Under the pieces are notes generated by a model. The model did no database searches. It saw nothing but the letters and a program-made list of their open reading frames with translations, and was not told the origin of the DNA. A DNA stretch of 61,064 nucleotides, counting the filler, from Ionaspis alba (taxonomy: Eukaryota), in the NCBI GenBank assembly GCA_964255285.1. It is 6 parts of 6 records of this genome, joined end to end, with 100 filler letters (N's around TTAATTAATTAA, not from the genome) between each part and the next. Parts side by side here need not be neighbours in the genome. Positions count along the whole stretch, not along the records: positions 20,435 to 30,527 come from CAXUUL010000625.1; positions 30,628 to 40,707 come from CAXUUL010000626.1; 4 more parts are not named here. The stretch is one strand, 5' to 3'. The position numbers and the translations under genes are program-made. Of the stretch, positions 25,085 to 37,974 are shown piece after piece; the first letter of the stretch is position 1; the number at the start of each line of letters is the position of its first letter.

Positions 25085-25406
25085 AAAGCGGGGAAAGCTA
25101 TAGCATGGCTGGCGTAATTATCGATAGAGCGTACTTGCCATAATATATATTGGAACCTTTCTTACGTCCCAGGCTAGGGCAGGTAACCTCAAGCGAATTG
25201 ATATCTAAAAGATCGTCAATTGCGACCTCACAAGATTACGTATTACACAATCCATCATTATTTCGTTATTAGAAGCCTCGCCAACCTCACGAAACCTCGA
25301 CTATGTACAACCACGCTATAGGTTCCCAGTCATCACGATTCTGATAACCTGTAAATACCACCACCTTCCCACCACTCCCTCCATCCACCGGCCAACCCCA
25401 TAAACA

Positions 25407-27452
25407 ATGCACGAGATCATCACCCTCCAACTCGGCCAATGTGCCAACTACTTAGCTACACACTATTGGAATACGCAAGAATCCTACCACACCTTCCCGC
25501 CCGCTCCGCCCTCTCCAGTCGATCATGATATCTCATTCCGCCCCGGCTTAGGTGCAGATGGTAGTGAGACGTACTTGCCGAGAACGGTGATTTATGATCT
25601 GAAAGGTGGGTTTGGGAGTTTAAGGAAGGTGAATGAGCTTTATGAGATTGAGGGGGGAGGAGGAGGTGGGGCTTGGTATGTGAATTTCTATTTTCCTGTG
25701 TTTATATGCTAGTCGGATTTGATGTCGGAAGCTTTTGAGACACCTTGTGTATGTCCTTGTTTGTTATCAGTCCTTTTTATATCTGCTACCGCTTTCAGCA
25801 ATGGATACTGAATCTCAGTTGCTCAAGCTATTTGATATGTTCATTGGTTGGATTTTGAGATCCGGTTTTACACAAAGAAATTGCTCGACTATCTCTCAAG
25901 CTCGCCTACTGTAGCATCCTACAAACCCGCTGACTTGCCATCCGGGCAGAGCAGGGACGGACCCCAAGCAATCCAAACCTCAACCCCCATTCCGCCTTCC
26001 CCTTACATCGCCTCTCTCAACGCTGGACTCCCGGCTCCTCGTCTCTCACCCTCCACAGTCCGGTACTGGTCAGACTTCTCGCACATCTATTACCACCCGC
26101 GTAGCATCGTCCAGCTCAACGACTACTCTCTCGGCTCCTCTCTCCTGCCTTTCGAGAAATACTCTTCCGGAGACGAGCTCTTTGACTCCCTAGACAAAGA
26201 GCATGATCTACTCGATCGGGATCTCAGGCTCTGGGCCGAGGAGTGCGATCAGATGCAGGGGATTCAGGTGTTTGCGGGTGCAGATGATGCGTGGGGTGGG
26301 TTTGCAGGGAGGTATGTGGAGAGGATTAGGGACGAGTATGGGAAAGTGGGGATTTGGGTCTGGGGGATTGAGGGAGCGGGTGAGGAGGCTAGGAAGGTGA
26401 GGTCATAACCTCGCGGAGTTGATACCGAAATGAAGCTGACAAGTAACCAGGAAAAGCAGATGTTACGTATGGTGAATGCTGCAAGAGCAATGTATGAGAT
26501 CTCCTCACAGGTATCTCTGTACCTGCCAATATCTAGCAACACCTCGAAGTTGCCAGAGTATGTTTCCCTGGATCGGAGTTCTCTATGGCACGCGTCGGCA
26601 TTGTTGTCGACGGCTTTGGAATCTATGACCTTGCCGACTCGAATGAAAGGTGAAGGACAGAGGAACTCAATGCTCTCCGAGCTGGAAGCAGCTTTAAATG
26701 TCAATGGAAATCAACAAATTGCACAGCTTCAATGCAGTATCTTCGATCCAGGCAATTTCAAGGAAGAGCAAGGGCAACAAAACGACACTAGTCAGCAAGA
26801 TGATAGGATTCAAAATAGGAATGTGAAACATGTTCTACAAGCTGAAGATGATGTAGAAGTTGGAAGCGAAGACTTGAGAGATCTCGACTTCGATTTATTC
26901 CCCGAGGACGACTACTTTTCGAATTATCACGGTGGAAAATCTGGCAAACATGCTCACACCTTTGGACGAGTCGACAGCTTTCGCGGACGCGATCAAGGCT
27001 CCAGCCAACAAGGCGATGCCGAGGAGGAAGGTTACGCAAGGAAACGGAGACGTATCGCCGGATTGGCAGTCGTCGAAAAGTTAGTGCTGATGCTCCCTTC
27101 TTTGCTCATTCTGGAGGCGGTCAACAAATGCCCCCTCCCATCCCGCGTTTAGCGCTTATGCTGCAAAGTGGCTGACAAGAGACGCAGATATCGATCTAGC
27201 TTACGATTTCCCTTACTCGACACCTTCCCCGACATATTCCCATCCTTTACGAGCTCTACTAAGTCCGTAGCGGTGCACTCCTCGCTTTCGACCTCAACAC
27301 GCGTCGCGGATCGAGTGAAGGCGCTTCGGAAAGTGGTTGTTCGTATGACGGGCTTGGAGGAGCGGGAGATACTTAGCAATGGGCTTGGTGAGATTGCCGA
27401 AGCTTACGAGGAGGGGTGGGATAGCGGGTCGGATGATGATAGTGATGGTTGA
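25407..27452 (+). CDS. DML1: Misato/Dml1 tubulin-like protein; 3 introns (first ~25676-25954)
   Basis: [76 protein letters not shown]; acidic C-terminus [17 protein letters not shown]. Confidence 0.93.
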
Positions 27453-27460
27453 TGATGATG

Positions 27461-27560
27461 NNNNNNNNNNNNNNNNNNNNNNNNNNNNNNNNNNNNNNNN
27501 NNNNNNNNNNNNNNNNNNNNNNNNNNNNNNNNNNNNNNNNNNNNNNNNNNNNNNNNNNNN
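27461..27560. other. Intra-scaffold gap (100 N, no linker)
   Basis: Literal N run. Confidence 0.95.
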
Positions 27561-29303
27561 CTGGTGACTGACTCGGTGGCTACTAGTCTTGTATCCTCTT
27601 AGTGCTACAAGCAATATATGTACCTCCTGCCCCATTCTCGCTAGGGCTCACGCCCTTGACCGGTACTAAAACGGTTCAACAGTCCGATTAGCCGAACACG
27701 AGCTTTAGCGCAATCCCCAGCCTCTTAGCCCATCCTTCGCATCAGGCGAGTCAGGGCAAGCTTTGGCAACTTCTCCCCAGGTTTCTATTTCGACCACATC
27801 TCTATCTCGCTCGCACCAACTGCCAAAAGCAAATCCCCACCAACTTGTCCACCGGTCAAGTCTCCGAACTCTATCCCGTCCCTGAAGGAAAGTGGCACAG
27901 AACGAACGGTCTGCGCATGCTACGATTGGCTGCTACTATCTTTTATGTTCTGGGGATGACGTCGCGGGGGGAATGATGCAATGCTCCTCAGTCCGCATTC
28001 TGACCAAGACCATTGGAAGGCCTATCCCTGATCAATAGTTGCTTGGAGCGGCTTTCGCTGCAGGACACATATGCAAGTGTCCGAACTGCATGATGCCTAT
28101 CTCGACAGCAGCAATTATGCTTGGCCAGCAAATACCTACCTACCTACAGGCCTGCAGAGCCGCAGCTCCATAGACGGCAAGGCAAGGTAGTAGTGCTGAC
28201 GGCAATGGAAACTTGCCAAAGGAGCGCAGATGTGGTGCTCGCCCAATCTATTTTGCTGACGCACAGGATCGCCTTACTCGTACTTGTACGTCCTGCGAGG
28301 ATGACTACTTGCGATCGAGGAGGGATTGGTCATGTTGCCAAGAGGGACTTTGCCTTCTTTTGATCCAGGAACCGGGACTACCTGGTACTTGTGGTGCCTC
28401 CATTCCACTAATCATCGTATTGGATATTTTTGCGCGAAGGTGATCGTCTGCAAGCGCCCGAAGTCTTCATGGGCAGAACCTTGCCCTTCACATGTTTGTT
28501 CGCATAGCTATTTCTCCTTTTGTACTTCAGGCCCTTATCTTGGACAAGAGTTTTGATTGTCTTTGTGCTATGTATTGCAATTGTATCAATGGATCGTCCA
28601 CATATCCATTGTGTCACCTAATCGTTGCACACGTTCCTGATCCCGCTGCACAACAGTTGAGGTGGCTGAATCGAAGCTTTGCGAGAGGGCTGGTCTTGCT
28701 CGCACTGCTTGGTCGCCCAGTGAGCTGTGCCGCCAACCGGCTTCCTGGCAATGATGGCCATCCTGACCTCGGGTGTGCATACCCTGTTTCTAGCAGCAGC
28801 TTCATGCCCCAATCCATGCGGTGAGAAGACGACTAGCAAGGATTGGACTCGCTTCTCCCGCCTGCAAACAAACACTCGATCATCGACAAGTGCCCCCAAA
28901 AAGTTACCACTCTTCCGTCCTGACCATGTCTATCTCGTATGCACGGATAGTGCGGGGAGGGGGGCGGGCAATGGGGTCTGCCATGATGCTCAACGCATAT
29001 TCCCTCATACGGTGGGGGCTAGTATGATCTCAGGGCAAAGTACTGCCGAGCTCGCAACATGCAGGATGATCACACTACTGCTCTTTGGTTTTTGTCCACC
29101 TCCCAGCCGACCCTATATTCCTGCCTTCTGCTTTTCGGTCGTGCATGAATAACCTCTTCGTTCTTGTCCTCTCCCAGTCTTCAATTTTACCGCAAGAACT
29201 CCTTCGCTAAGGTTCTTGTATGTGTCTCTCGCTTGAGTACAAGTACATATATCTCACCGTCGCTTGCTTCCCACTGAGTTCATCGACGACACTCAATCGA
29301 CCT

Positions 29304-29330
29304 TTGATTGATTGATTGATTGATTGATTG
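29304..29330. repeat. (GATT)n tetranucleotide microsatellite, about 6.7 units, ending 10 nt upstream of an ATG
   Basis: ttgattgattgattgattgattgattg. Confidence 0.9.
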
Positions 29331-29339
29331 TCGTTCACG

Positions 29340-30527
29340 ATGCTCAAGAAAACACTCGCTTTACTGGCTGTTGCCGGTGTCACTGTTGCACAAGGTCTGA
29401 ACCAGAGATGGTACACTACAACCACCTCATCTGGTTGGGGGAAGACGAGGTAAGAAGGCTCTTTGCAGCAATGCGTGGTTCTTAGTCTGGTACTTATCGA
29501 GTTCTTATAGTAGCTCGATGGCTCCACCGAAGGAATCGGAGACTACTGTCGTTGTATATAAGACGACAACTGTTTGTCCCGTAACCCTGACCACGAGCAT
29601 GTCTTCGTCTACATATGTATATACGAGTCTCACGACCAGCACCATCACTGTTACCTCTTGCAAATATGGATGTCCGCCGCCGTATACAACCACTACGCCG
29701 ATTTATACGCCTCCCTCTTCCACTGCTGGACCGAAGACGACTTCTGAGACCAAGACCACACCTACCACCACCGTCACTAAATCAGAAAAGGTAGGAATTG
29801 TCCACGAGTGATATCAAACGAACTTCATTATTGATTTGCGGATAGGAAACAACTAAGACAAAGACTACCGAGGTTGTAACTACTGTCACTAAAGGCACAA
29901 CAGTCTATACGACTGTTTGCCCTGTTGTAAGTCTATCTTCCGTAGCATTCGTGCTTTTTCGAGTCTGAACGGCTAATGAAACCTCGTTAGACTGTTACTG
30001 AAACCAAGAATGGCACAACAAAGACGACGGTTTATACTACCACATCTACTTACTCGAAGGTCACTACAGCAACTGTTGTTGGTAAGTCATGAAAATGAAT
30101 CGTTCCTTTATACGAAAAAATTTCCTTCCTGCCCTTTCGATAAGCGTCGAGTCGTCTTAGACTGCTGTTGAAGGCCGTGTCCGTCAGAAGAGACTAGCGA
30201 CGCTGAGATTCGAATACTCGGCGATTCTTAACAACTTCTGCGAACCAATACTGATATTTTCACAGTCACCCCGACAACAACAGCAACCGTCGGCACAACC
30301 ATCTACGTCACCTCAACAATAACTTATGTGACAACCACCTGTCCCGTAACCTACATAACCACCACAAAAGGCACCTCGACCATCACTAAGCCCATCACAC
30401 TAACCTCCACCATAACAATCACAAGCGTTACTACCTGCCCAACGGTCATTACAACGACCACCCCGGCACCTCCACCACCACCGCCGCCACCTGTTAGCTC
30501 CACAGCTGCCCCACCACCACCATCGAC
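29340..30527 (+). CDS. Secreted Thr-rich cell-wall / adhesin-like protein with TTxCP repeats; exons 29340-29449, 29511-29790, 29846-29926, 29991-30081, 30266->30527; 3' end missing
   Basis: Signal peptide MLKKTLALLAVAGVTVA; repeats TTTVCPVT, TTVCPVT, TTTCPVT, VTTCPTV; Pro-rich stretch before the gap; canonical GT-AG introns keep the frame. Confidence 0.8.
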
Positions 30528-30627
30528 NNNNNNNNNNNNNNNNNNNNNNNNNNNNNNNNNNNNNNNNNNNNTTAATTAATTAANNNNNNNNNNNNNNNNN
30601 NNNNNNNNNNNNNNNNNNNNNNNNNNN
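30528..30627. other. Assembly linker gap (N44-TTAATTAATTAA-N44)
   Basis: Literal N run with spacer. Confidence 0.97.
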
Positions 30628-31894
30628 CCACAACCCCAAACTCCACACCCATAATCGAATCATGCCCCGTCCCCTTCACCCTCTCACACCCATAATCGAC
30701 CCACTCCCCCACTCCCTCCTGTCGCCAACACCCATCAAACCACTCTCCGCCCTTCCTCCCCACCAACCCATCCTCTTCCGGCAAGAAAACCCTAACCCTC
30801 AACTTCTCTCTCGCCCCCTCCCTCTCACCACTCCCGCCACTTAAGGATTGTTCCTGCTCCGCAACCAACCCCACCGCCTCATCCGAGTTCCCATACAATC
30901 CCCACGCATTATCCACTTCCTTAGGAAACCCGCGTTTGAAGCACATCAGCGCCTCGTCCGCCGCACCCTGTGTGTCTTCTTTGAACATGTACGCCAGAAC
31001 CAAATCCATGATTTCGGGTCCTATAACCTTCATCTCCTCACCTAAGTCCTCGGCCGGTTCCCGAGCCGGGTCGTTGGCAGCGCTTTTGACCGGTATGAAA
31101 ATTTTGGAGATCCCGCTGCTGAACGCCCACACGGGGGAGAGGTTAACGGCGAAGAGCTTGATGATGGCGGGCCAGCTTGTGAAGAGACGGGGTGGGATGT
31201 AGGGGAGGAGGGAGAGGGTGGAGCTGTTTTCGGGATGGACCCAGGGGGCTGTGGATGGATCAGTACCCTGAGGGAAGTGAGGCAGGGGAGAGGAGCCTAC
31301 AAAAGAAGGCGATGTAAGGTCTCGTCGGATGCAGGAGATGGCGGTGCGTGAGGACCGTGTTGAAGAGGTATATCGCGCCCGCACTATGCGAGAGCAGGGC
31401 AACGTGGGGAATCGACAGCTGCTGGAGAAGGGCTGGGACGGTATCTGCGCCCTTGGACCATCATCAGCAACATTAAATGCAGGGCCGAGGCGAGTAGGTA
31501 GAGTATCTAGCCCCCACCCAGCCAGCATTGTATCCGATGCTCCAACGGTACTCTCCCCGTCCCTCCCATCCCGCATTTGTCGACGCACAACATCCTGATT
31601 TTGTAATGTCTTGCAAGCGCATCGGGGCTGCCGGTTGCCATGTAGCGGCCGCCCATCATGCCGCCGATGAAGAGGATGACCGGGCCATTGGGATGCTCTT
31701 GGTAATTCGAGTCGGAGTAGGTGATACGGATTGGGGAGGGTCGGCCGGCAGCTGGGTTTGCGGGGAGGGTGAAGGATTGGTGGTAGTGGATGCTGGCGCA
31801 GTGCGCGATGGCTCTGGAGAGAGGATGTTGGGAGTTTGCTCTGGGATCGGATGGTGGGGAGAGAGCCCTACCTGTCGCGGGGAGATTGCTTCAT
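30628..31894 (-). CDS. Alpha/beta hydrolase fold protein; 3 introns, extreme 3' end missing
   Basis: Spliced model MKQSPRDR|AIAHCASIHYHQSFTLPANP...PVILFIGGMMGGRY...LCVDKCGMGG...CWL|DTVPALLQQLSIPHVALLSHSAGAIY (nucleophile elbow SHSAG)...PWVHP...EEDGLVG...GTGHDSI (candidate catalytic Asp and His). Confidence 0.82.
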
Positions 31895-31909
31895 CCTGGG
31901 TTTTGGGTG

Positions 31910-32009
31910 NNNNNNNNNNNNNNNNNNNNNNNNNNNNNNNNNNNNNNNNNNNNNNNNNNNNNNNNNNNNNNNNNNNNNNNNNNNNNNNNNNNNNNNNNNN
32001 NNNNNNNNN
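31910..32009. other. Intra-scaffold gap (100 N, no linker)
   Basis: Literal N run. Confidence 0.95.
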
Positions 32010-32110
32010 CTCACTCAAAGGGGAATAGAACATCGGACCCGGATGCTTAACCTCCACCAATCGGGAAACTGACCTCCCGCCAACCTCAAAACGAATCCTC
32101 AAGATCCGTC

Positions 32111-34214
32111 TCAAATCAGCAAGAAATCCCAGCCCTTCTGCAGCATCACGTCCCGCCAGTGGACGCTCCTCCGTTCTCCCCCACCATTCCCCTCTCCCAC
32201 GGACCCCTCCTCCTCCTCCACCAACCGCCAAACTTCCCGAAGCAGGCGGATCATACGGCCAAAACTGCCAAACTCAGCTTGCTCCCCAAGACAAACAATG
32301 CGCTCCGCGATCACGTGTCTGAAGCTCGAACCAGGCGTGCTCTGCGAGCCGGCGATGAGCAAAGGCCAGACGATGGAGCGGTCGAACCCTTCGGGACCCG
32401 AGGGGATGAATTCGAGGAAGGCGGCAAAGCGGGCGACCAGATCCATCATCGATTGGTCGTAGCGGCTTGAGCCTGGCACCAAGCTGCAAAGCCAGATGCG
32501 AGCCGCGAGACAGAACATGGTGGTCATGTTCTTCGAAAGCTGTTTCGGGCGGATGGCGCCTGTGGATGAGAAGGGGAGATCTACGGAGCCAGGGATGGGC
32601 TCGGCGAGATCCATTTGTTGACCGAGGACTTTGATGTGTTCGCAGAGTTGGACGTGGTCGAGGACGTTGTTGATTTTTAGGGCTTCGAGACATGCGATTT
32701 CGGAGATGAGGTACATCATGCGGTCTTCGCAGCCCATGAGCTCGCACAGACCGGAGCTGGATGAGCTGAGGTGCTTGTCGCGATAGGTGTCGGCGAATAG
32801 GGGAGCTCGTCCGAGCATTGTAGATCCCAGGATGTCGATCCAGGAAGCGAGCGTCATGTTGAACGGTGGGTGCATTTGCGCTGAGCTGCCGTGGACGATA
32901 GCATGAGGCAGTTGCAGTTTCCGTACAAGACTGCTCGCAGCCTGGAAGTGCTGATGCCATGGGATGTCCGGTAGACAATCATCGGGCCGACCAACCGAAC
33001 ACTGGAAGAAGATCATGCCAAGAGTCGCCTCGAGAATCTGGAGGTGGTCGGTATCTTGGTGCAGAGCCTCGCAAAGCTCCGAGATCGTCGCGTAGCGATG
33101 TCGCATGATATCGCTATCCACTTGCTCGTTTGGACTCGACTGGGTCGACTTCAGGTGAATGGCTGCTATGCTGAGACAGCAATGTAGGTAGCATTTGTTG
33201 GACTCGAGTGCGGGCAAAATCACTTCTGATCTTGCCGAGCCATGCTGATTCACCTCGAGGATTGGAAAGATTAATCTCAGGACGTTGTCGATGAAGTGAT
33301 CCAGTAGTGGCCGGTCGCAATCGTCGACTTGGATGACTGCTTGCTGTGACGAATGTGGTGGGCCATGCGAGAAGTCGAAAAAGTTGAAGTCTAGTCCCTC
33401 CTCTCCAGCACTGAAGATATCCCCGTGTCCATCGTAGAGATCATCGTGTACCCAATTCTCTTCCGGTAATGGTTGCAGATTCCCGTGTGTCGGTGGTGGG
33501 TGGAAGGTGCTGAATGTGGATATCGAAGAGTCTCGTCGTGTGGGGATATCGTTCACGAACATTTGTCGCTCCGTCTTGATGTCAACTTCGTAGGGTGTCT
33601 GCGGGTACGGTTGGAAGTGTGGATGCGATTCGAACTGAGGTGTAAAGACTTGGGTTTGAAAAGGATCGAAAGCCTCGTGCATTGGAGCTTGGTTGAAGTC
33701 ATACTCGAGCGAATATTGCGAGTCTTCCGACACAGCACGTGTCCGTGCGGTAACATCCGAGTATGTCGCTGAGGTCGGTAGGGAATGCGACAATCCGGGA
33801 GGAGTTTCACCGCCGGTCAAGCCAGGTTGATTCGACTTCTCGGTCAACTTGGTGCGTTTGATGATGTTCTTGATTGTTTCCTTTTGGTTCTTCCGTTGTT
33901 CGTTGTTGCTCCACCAAAGCGGTCTCTTGTATTCGCATTTCAATCCTAGATGTTTACACGCTTTACATTGTGGTTTTCCTTCGTCGCACTTCTTCCTTCG
34001 GAGTCGACATGTGAAACAACCTGACCCCACAAAGTCAGCACCACAACCACCTAATCTTCTTCTGCACCGTTTTCGATCGCTTACCTGATCGCGATCGTCT
34101 GTGCATTTTCGTACTTGTGCTGGTGTTGGCGGCCGTTGCGGGCTTTTGTGGTGTGGTCTTGGGTGCGACCATGGTTGCAGGCTTGCTAGGTTGCCCCGTT
34201 GCTTTGTTAGACAT
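32111..34214 (-). CDS. PRO1: Zn(II)2Cys6 transcription factor of the PRO1/ADV-1/NosA family; intron 34021-34084
   Basis: KMHRRSRS|GCFTCRLRRKKCDEGKPQCKACKHLGLKCEYKRPLWW; PYEVDIKTERQMFVNDIPTRRDSSISTFS; C-terminal VHWRDVMLQKGWDFLLI*. Confidence 0.92.
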
Positions 34215-37200
34215 TTGAAGCTGGCGAGCGTCTTTTTCTATAAATCCAAATGGTTGATACTGGTGGTGGGGGAATAGCTGTTCCTGGGGATCGACGGCAG
34301 CGAGGATTGGCGGGCGGCAAGGACTGAACTGTTTTGTTATTAAGTTAAGGGAGAGTATATCAAAGCCCGACCAGCTGGCTTGATGATCGTCGACACGATT
34401 GATGAAGTGCAAAAGTTACACGCGGGCTGCCGTGACGAGGCTCGAGTAGAGATCCACGGGGTCCGAGACTTATATGCCCCCATTGAGATGGCTATGGGCA
34501 AAGTGCCTCTGTTTCTAAAAACAACTCTGGCCATCGCAGGTGCCTCCACGAGACCGAAGTATCGGATCGAATGTGGGAGGACGCTAGAGGCTAATTCAGC
34601 AGGCAGGACGATTGGTGTAGCGGGGGGGAGTGTGAGGTGTGTGACTGGATTGTCCACAGCAGAAGCTTGCCCGAATGCCAGTGCAGGGAACAGATAGTAC
34701 AGATGCAGGTTCAACCAGTCATCGTCCCCCATTTGCCTGCGAGCCGCCTTGGACGTGCAGCCCCTGCCACAACCCCCCAGTCGGCAAGCAAGGTACCTTT
34801 GCGGGCCCCCCTGTCAATCCTAAAAATGGAGGGGAGGGGAGGAAGTGGAAGGTCTGGACGATCTCTGCCTTCCCCGTTTTTACCGGTCATGCAGCAGCGA
34901 AAAGAACGACATGGCTGGCAGGTACTCGCAGGTACTCGCAGGGGACAGGATAAGCACGCAAATCCAGGGAAATTCATAGAGTGCTCAGTGACGAATCGGG
35001 CAGTAAGCTTTACCACATTCTGGTTGCCCTATCTCCGTAGCTTATTGTCGCAACAGAGCAATCACAGTGCGAGTGCAGCAGAGAACTCTCTCCATTATTC
35101 CACGGCTAGTTTCGTCGTTCATTTCGGAGCTGGAGTTGGTTGATTTTGTTTTTGGATCTTCTGGGCCTCAGCTTCCTTCTTCCAACCAGCCAGCTCCACG
35201 TCCGGTGATATGGTGCCATGATGATTACACCTCATGTGGAACGTAGCCATACGTGAAGAGTACACGTCGAACAAAAAAGCAAGAAGCGGGACACACAGCA
35301 GCCAGTGGGAGGCATGGCAGGCCTTCGGGTAGACTGCGTTGTCGAGTCCCATGTCCTCGTACCACCACCACCTCGTCTCCTTGTTCATTATTGCCGGCCA
35401 AAGCTCCTTTTCCCCACTTCTCTCCCAATCCATGGCTTGCATCGACTCGACTCGGCATGCCTGTCGCTTTCCGAGGACAAGATATGCAGAGGCTGGAAGG
35501 GCTTGGATTTTCGATGGATTTTGATGAATCCCCCGCCCCTTACCTGATTCGCAGCCTATCAGCTGTCGACGTGGGAGCTCGTAAACAAGATGCGATGCAG
35601 TGCGGGAAGGCAACGAGTGGATGTCGAGCGAAGGCGGGAGTCAACGCAGCTGCATTAGTCTTGCCTTAGCCTGACGCTGGCCCGAGCGCTATTCATCCGC
35701 CTATCCAGTCAGATCTCGGCCCAGCACTACAAGGGCTTTGTTCATTGTCCAATCGCGACCGGGATCGATGCATCAATGTGACGGGAATTTCTTGCATTGC
35801 GTCAAAATTGCAGTTAAGTGGCACTAATGGGCTGTGACGGGATATTAGTCTCATAAACTTCAATTTCACCTCCATCCTTGACTCCCAAATTAGCACTCAT
35901 ATATGCGCCAGACTAGTAGCTTGTTGGAGCATTTTGCGACCTTTCTTACGACCAACTTAACCTAAAAATAAAGATGGCTAATTATGTGTCGAATTCGGAA
36001 CAATACCGGTTTCCTTCTATCTCTACAAATCCTTTAGTTCTCTTGTGATCTCCACCATCCCGGTCAACGTGACCTCGACTCCCTCCCTCCCTTGGCCTCA
36101 TGTGACTTGCGCGAGAAAGTGGATCCTTCTCCGTTTTCAGGTGCGGAGTACGTACCTTCTGCATCGCGTGACTTCTGAAAAGGCACGGTATGTTGGATCA
36201 TTACGAAGGTCTTCAAGTTACCATTGTCATTGGTGAATTGCTTCACCGTCTTCCAACATCACAGCTCGACAGCGGCGATGAAGAAGCTAGCAAAGCGAGG
36301 TCACTCGACTACTAGACCGGCACACTATGATTATGATCGACTCCCTGCTTCTGTGAGGATCCGGTCGGAGGAGCTAGCTAGCTATCACGGCCGAATCACA
36401 TACATACCCGTGGATAGTTCGGAGGCGTCATGCGTGGTGACAGATTTCATCTCCCGATTTGAAATGATGGGTACAACGGTGGACTTCGCTTGCGCGTTGT
36501 GACCACGGTGGTAAATGAAGAAGAATGAAGCAGAAGAAGAAGAAAAAGCACATATATTGTGCAGAGAAGACATGCTGCTGTCGAAAAGCTGCACAATCCC
36601 AGTCGACTAAGATCTCTGCTTCGTATGGGACCAGCTCATTTATGCAGCTCATCCCACTCTCAAAAGGTAAGGTATCTAATAGGAGACATCGCACTTGCAG
36701 TGCTGGATAACAACTCAATCGATGCTCAAACTCGCCTTAAATCTTCGGGATGAAGCGAATCATTCTTCTGCAATTTCCGCCTTAGTTACACAAAGTCTGC
36801 TCATGTATAAACTAGGAGTGAAGAAGAAGAAGAAGACCACTCTGGTCAGAACACATCCCAACTGCAGCACACGGCGTGGACCATCTATACTGGGTCACCA
36901 CTCTCCCAACAGCTGCAAACGAAAGTCAGACTAAGGTAAGCTGCATCGTCGGGCAGAAGAACTTCGAGATCTGGGTAGAACAATGCAGCGACCCATGGAT
37001 GCATAGTATAGTGGTTGCATAAGACTTAGTAGTCTGCACGTCGTTATGAATAGAGACTACTTCGTACAAGTCATGATGTGACTTGAGATCCTATCTCCAT
37101 CCTAATGAGGGATCGTCTAGCTGTATCGCAACAGCATATGGATGTGATTGTCAATCCTCTAACTTGGATGGAATCGTTCGATAGTCACATTGCCATAGAT

Positions 37201-37974
37201 CCTGCTAAAAGGAATCCACTGTGATAAAGGGAGTCCACAATTCGAGCGGGAATAAAAAAAAATCAAGGTGGAGGGATGTTGTGATAGTGATTCAAAGGCT
37301 TCCGATCCAGACCGTAAACGACTCTCACCCAGTCAACCACCAAAGAAATAAGCAGAAAGAGGGACAGAGTCTCAATAATGGCCGCCCATCACGAGCAACA
37401 ACAACAACTTCCCAGTGCGTTTCAGTGGATCGGCTGGTTTAACTGGCTTGCCGAAAGCTTCCCTCCAGAGCTCCATCCCCGTTCGCGAGTGGAAGTGGCT
37501 GTAGCTCGGCGGCTACAGAAGCTGCGGGCGTCGCTCTCCCGGCTGTTGAGTGGTTGGAGGGCTGCGCGACTAATGCACGTCCCGGCACCAGCTTCGAAAA
37601 GTAAGGGCATCTTCAATCAACGTGAAGCCCTCATGCCGCCCAATGCTCTCCTTCAACTGCAGTGTGCAAAGAAGAGGATGCTGGTCACAAATGCGACCGC
37701 TCCCGGCCCCGAGGACCGTTCACCCCTCCTATCCTCCCTATGCGCGAGCATCTCTGCACACTCTCTCGGGACTCCACTCTATACATAAGTACGGAAGCGC
37801 CCACAGCGCCCGGAGGGCCTTTCTTTGGACCTTTCTCGTCATTCCTGCGGTTTCCGTTCCCTTGGTGAATTTATATATGCATAGACTCGAATATCAGTGG
37901 CAACACGTTCACGCACAGGCTACTCTCCGTGCTTTTCCATCCCAATCGTTACTTTTCCTTTTTTGGGTTCCGCA

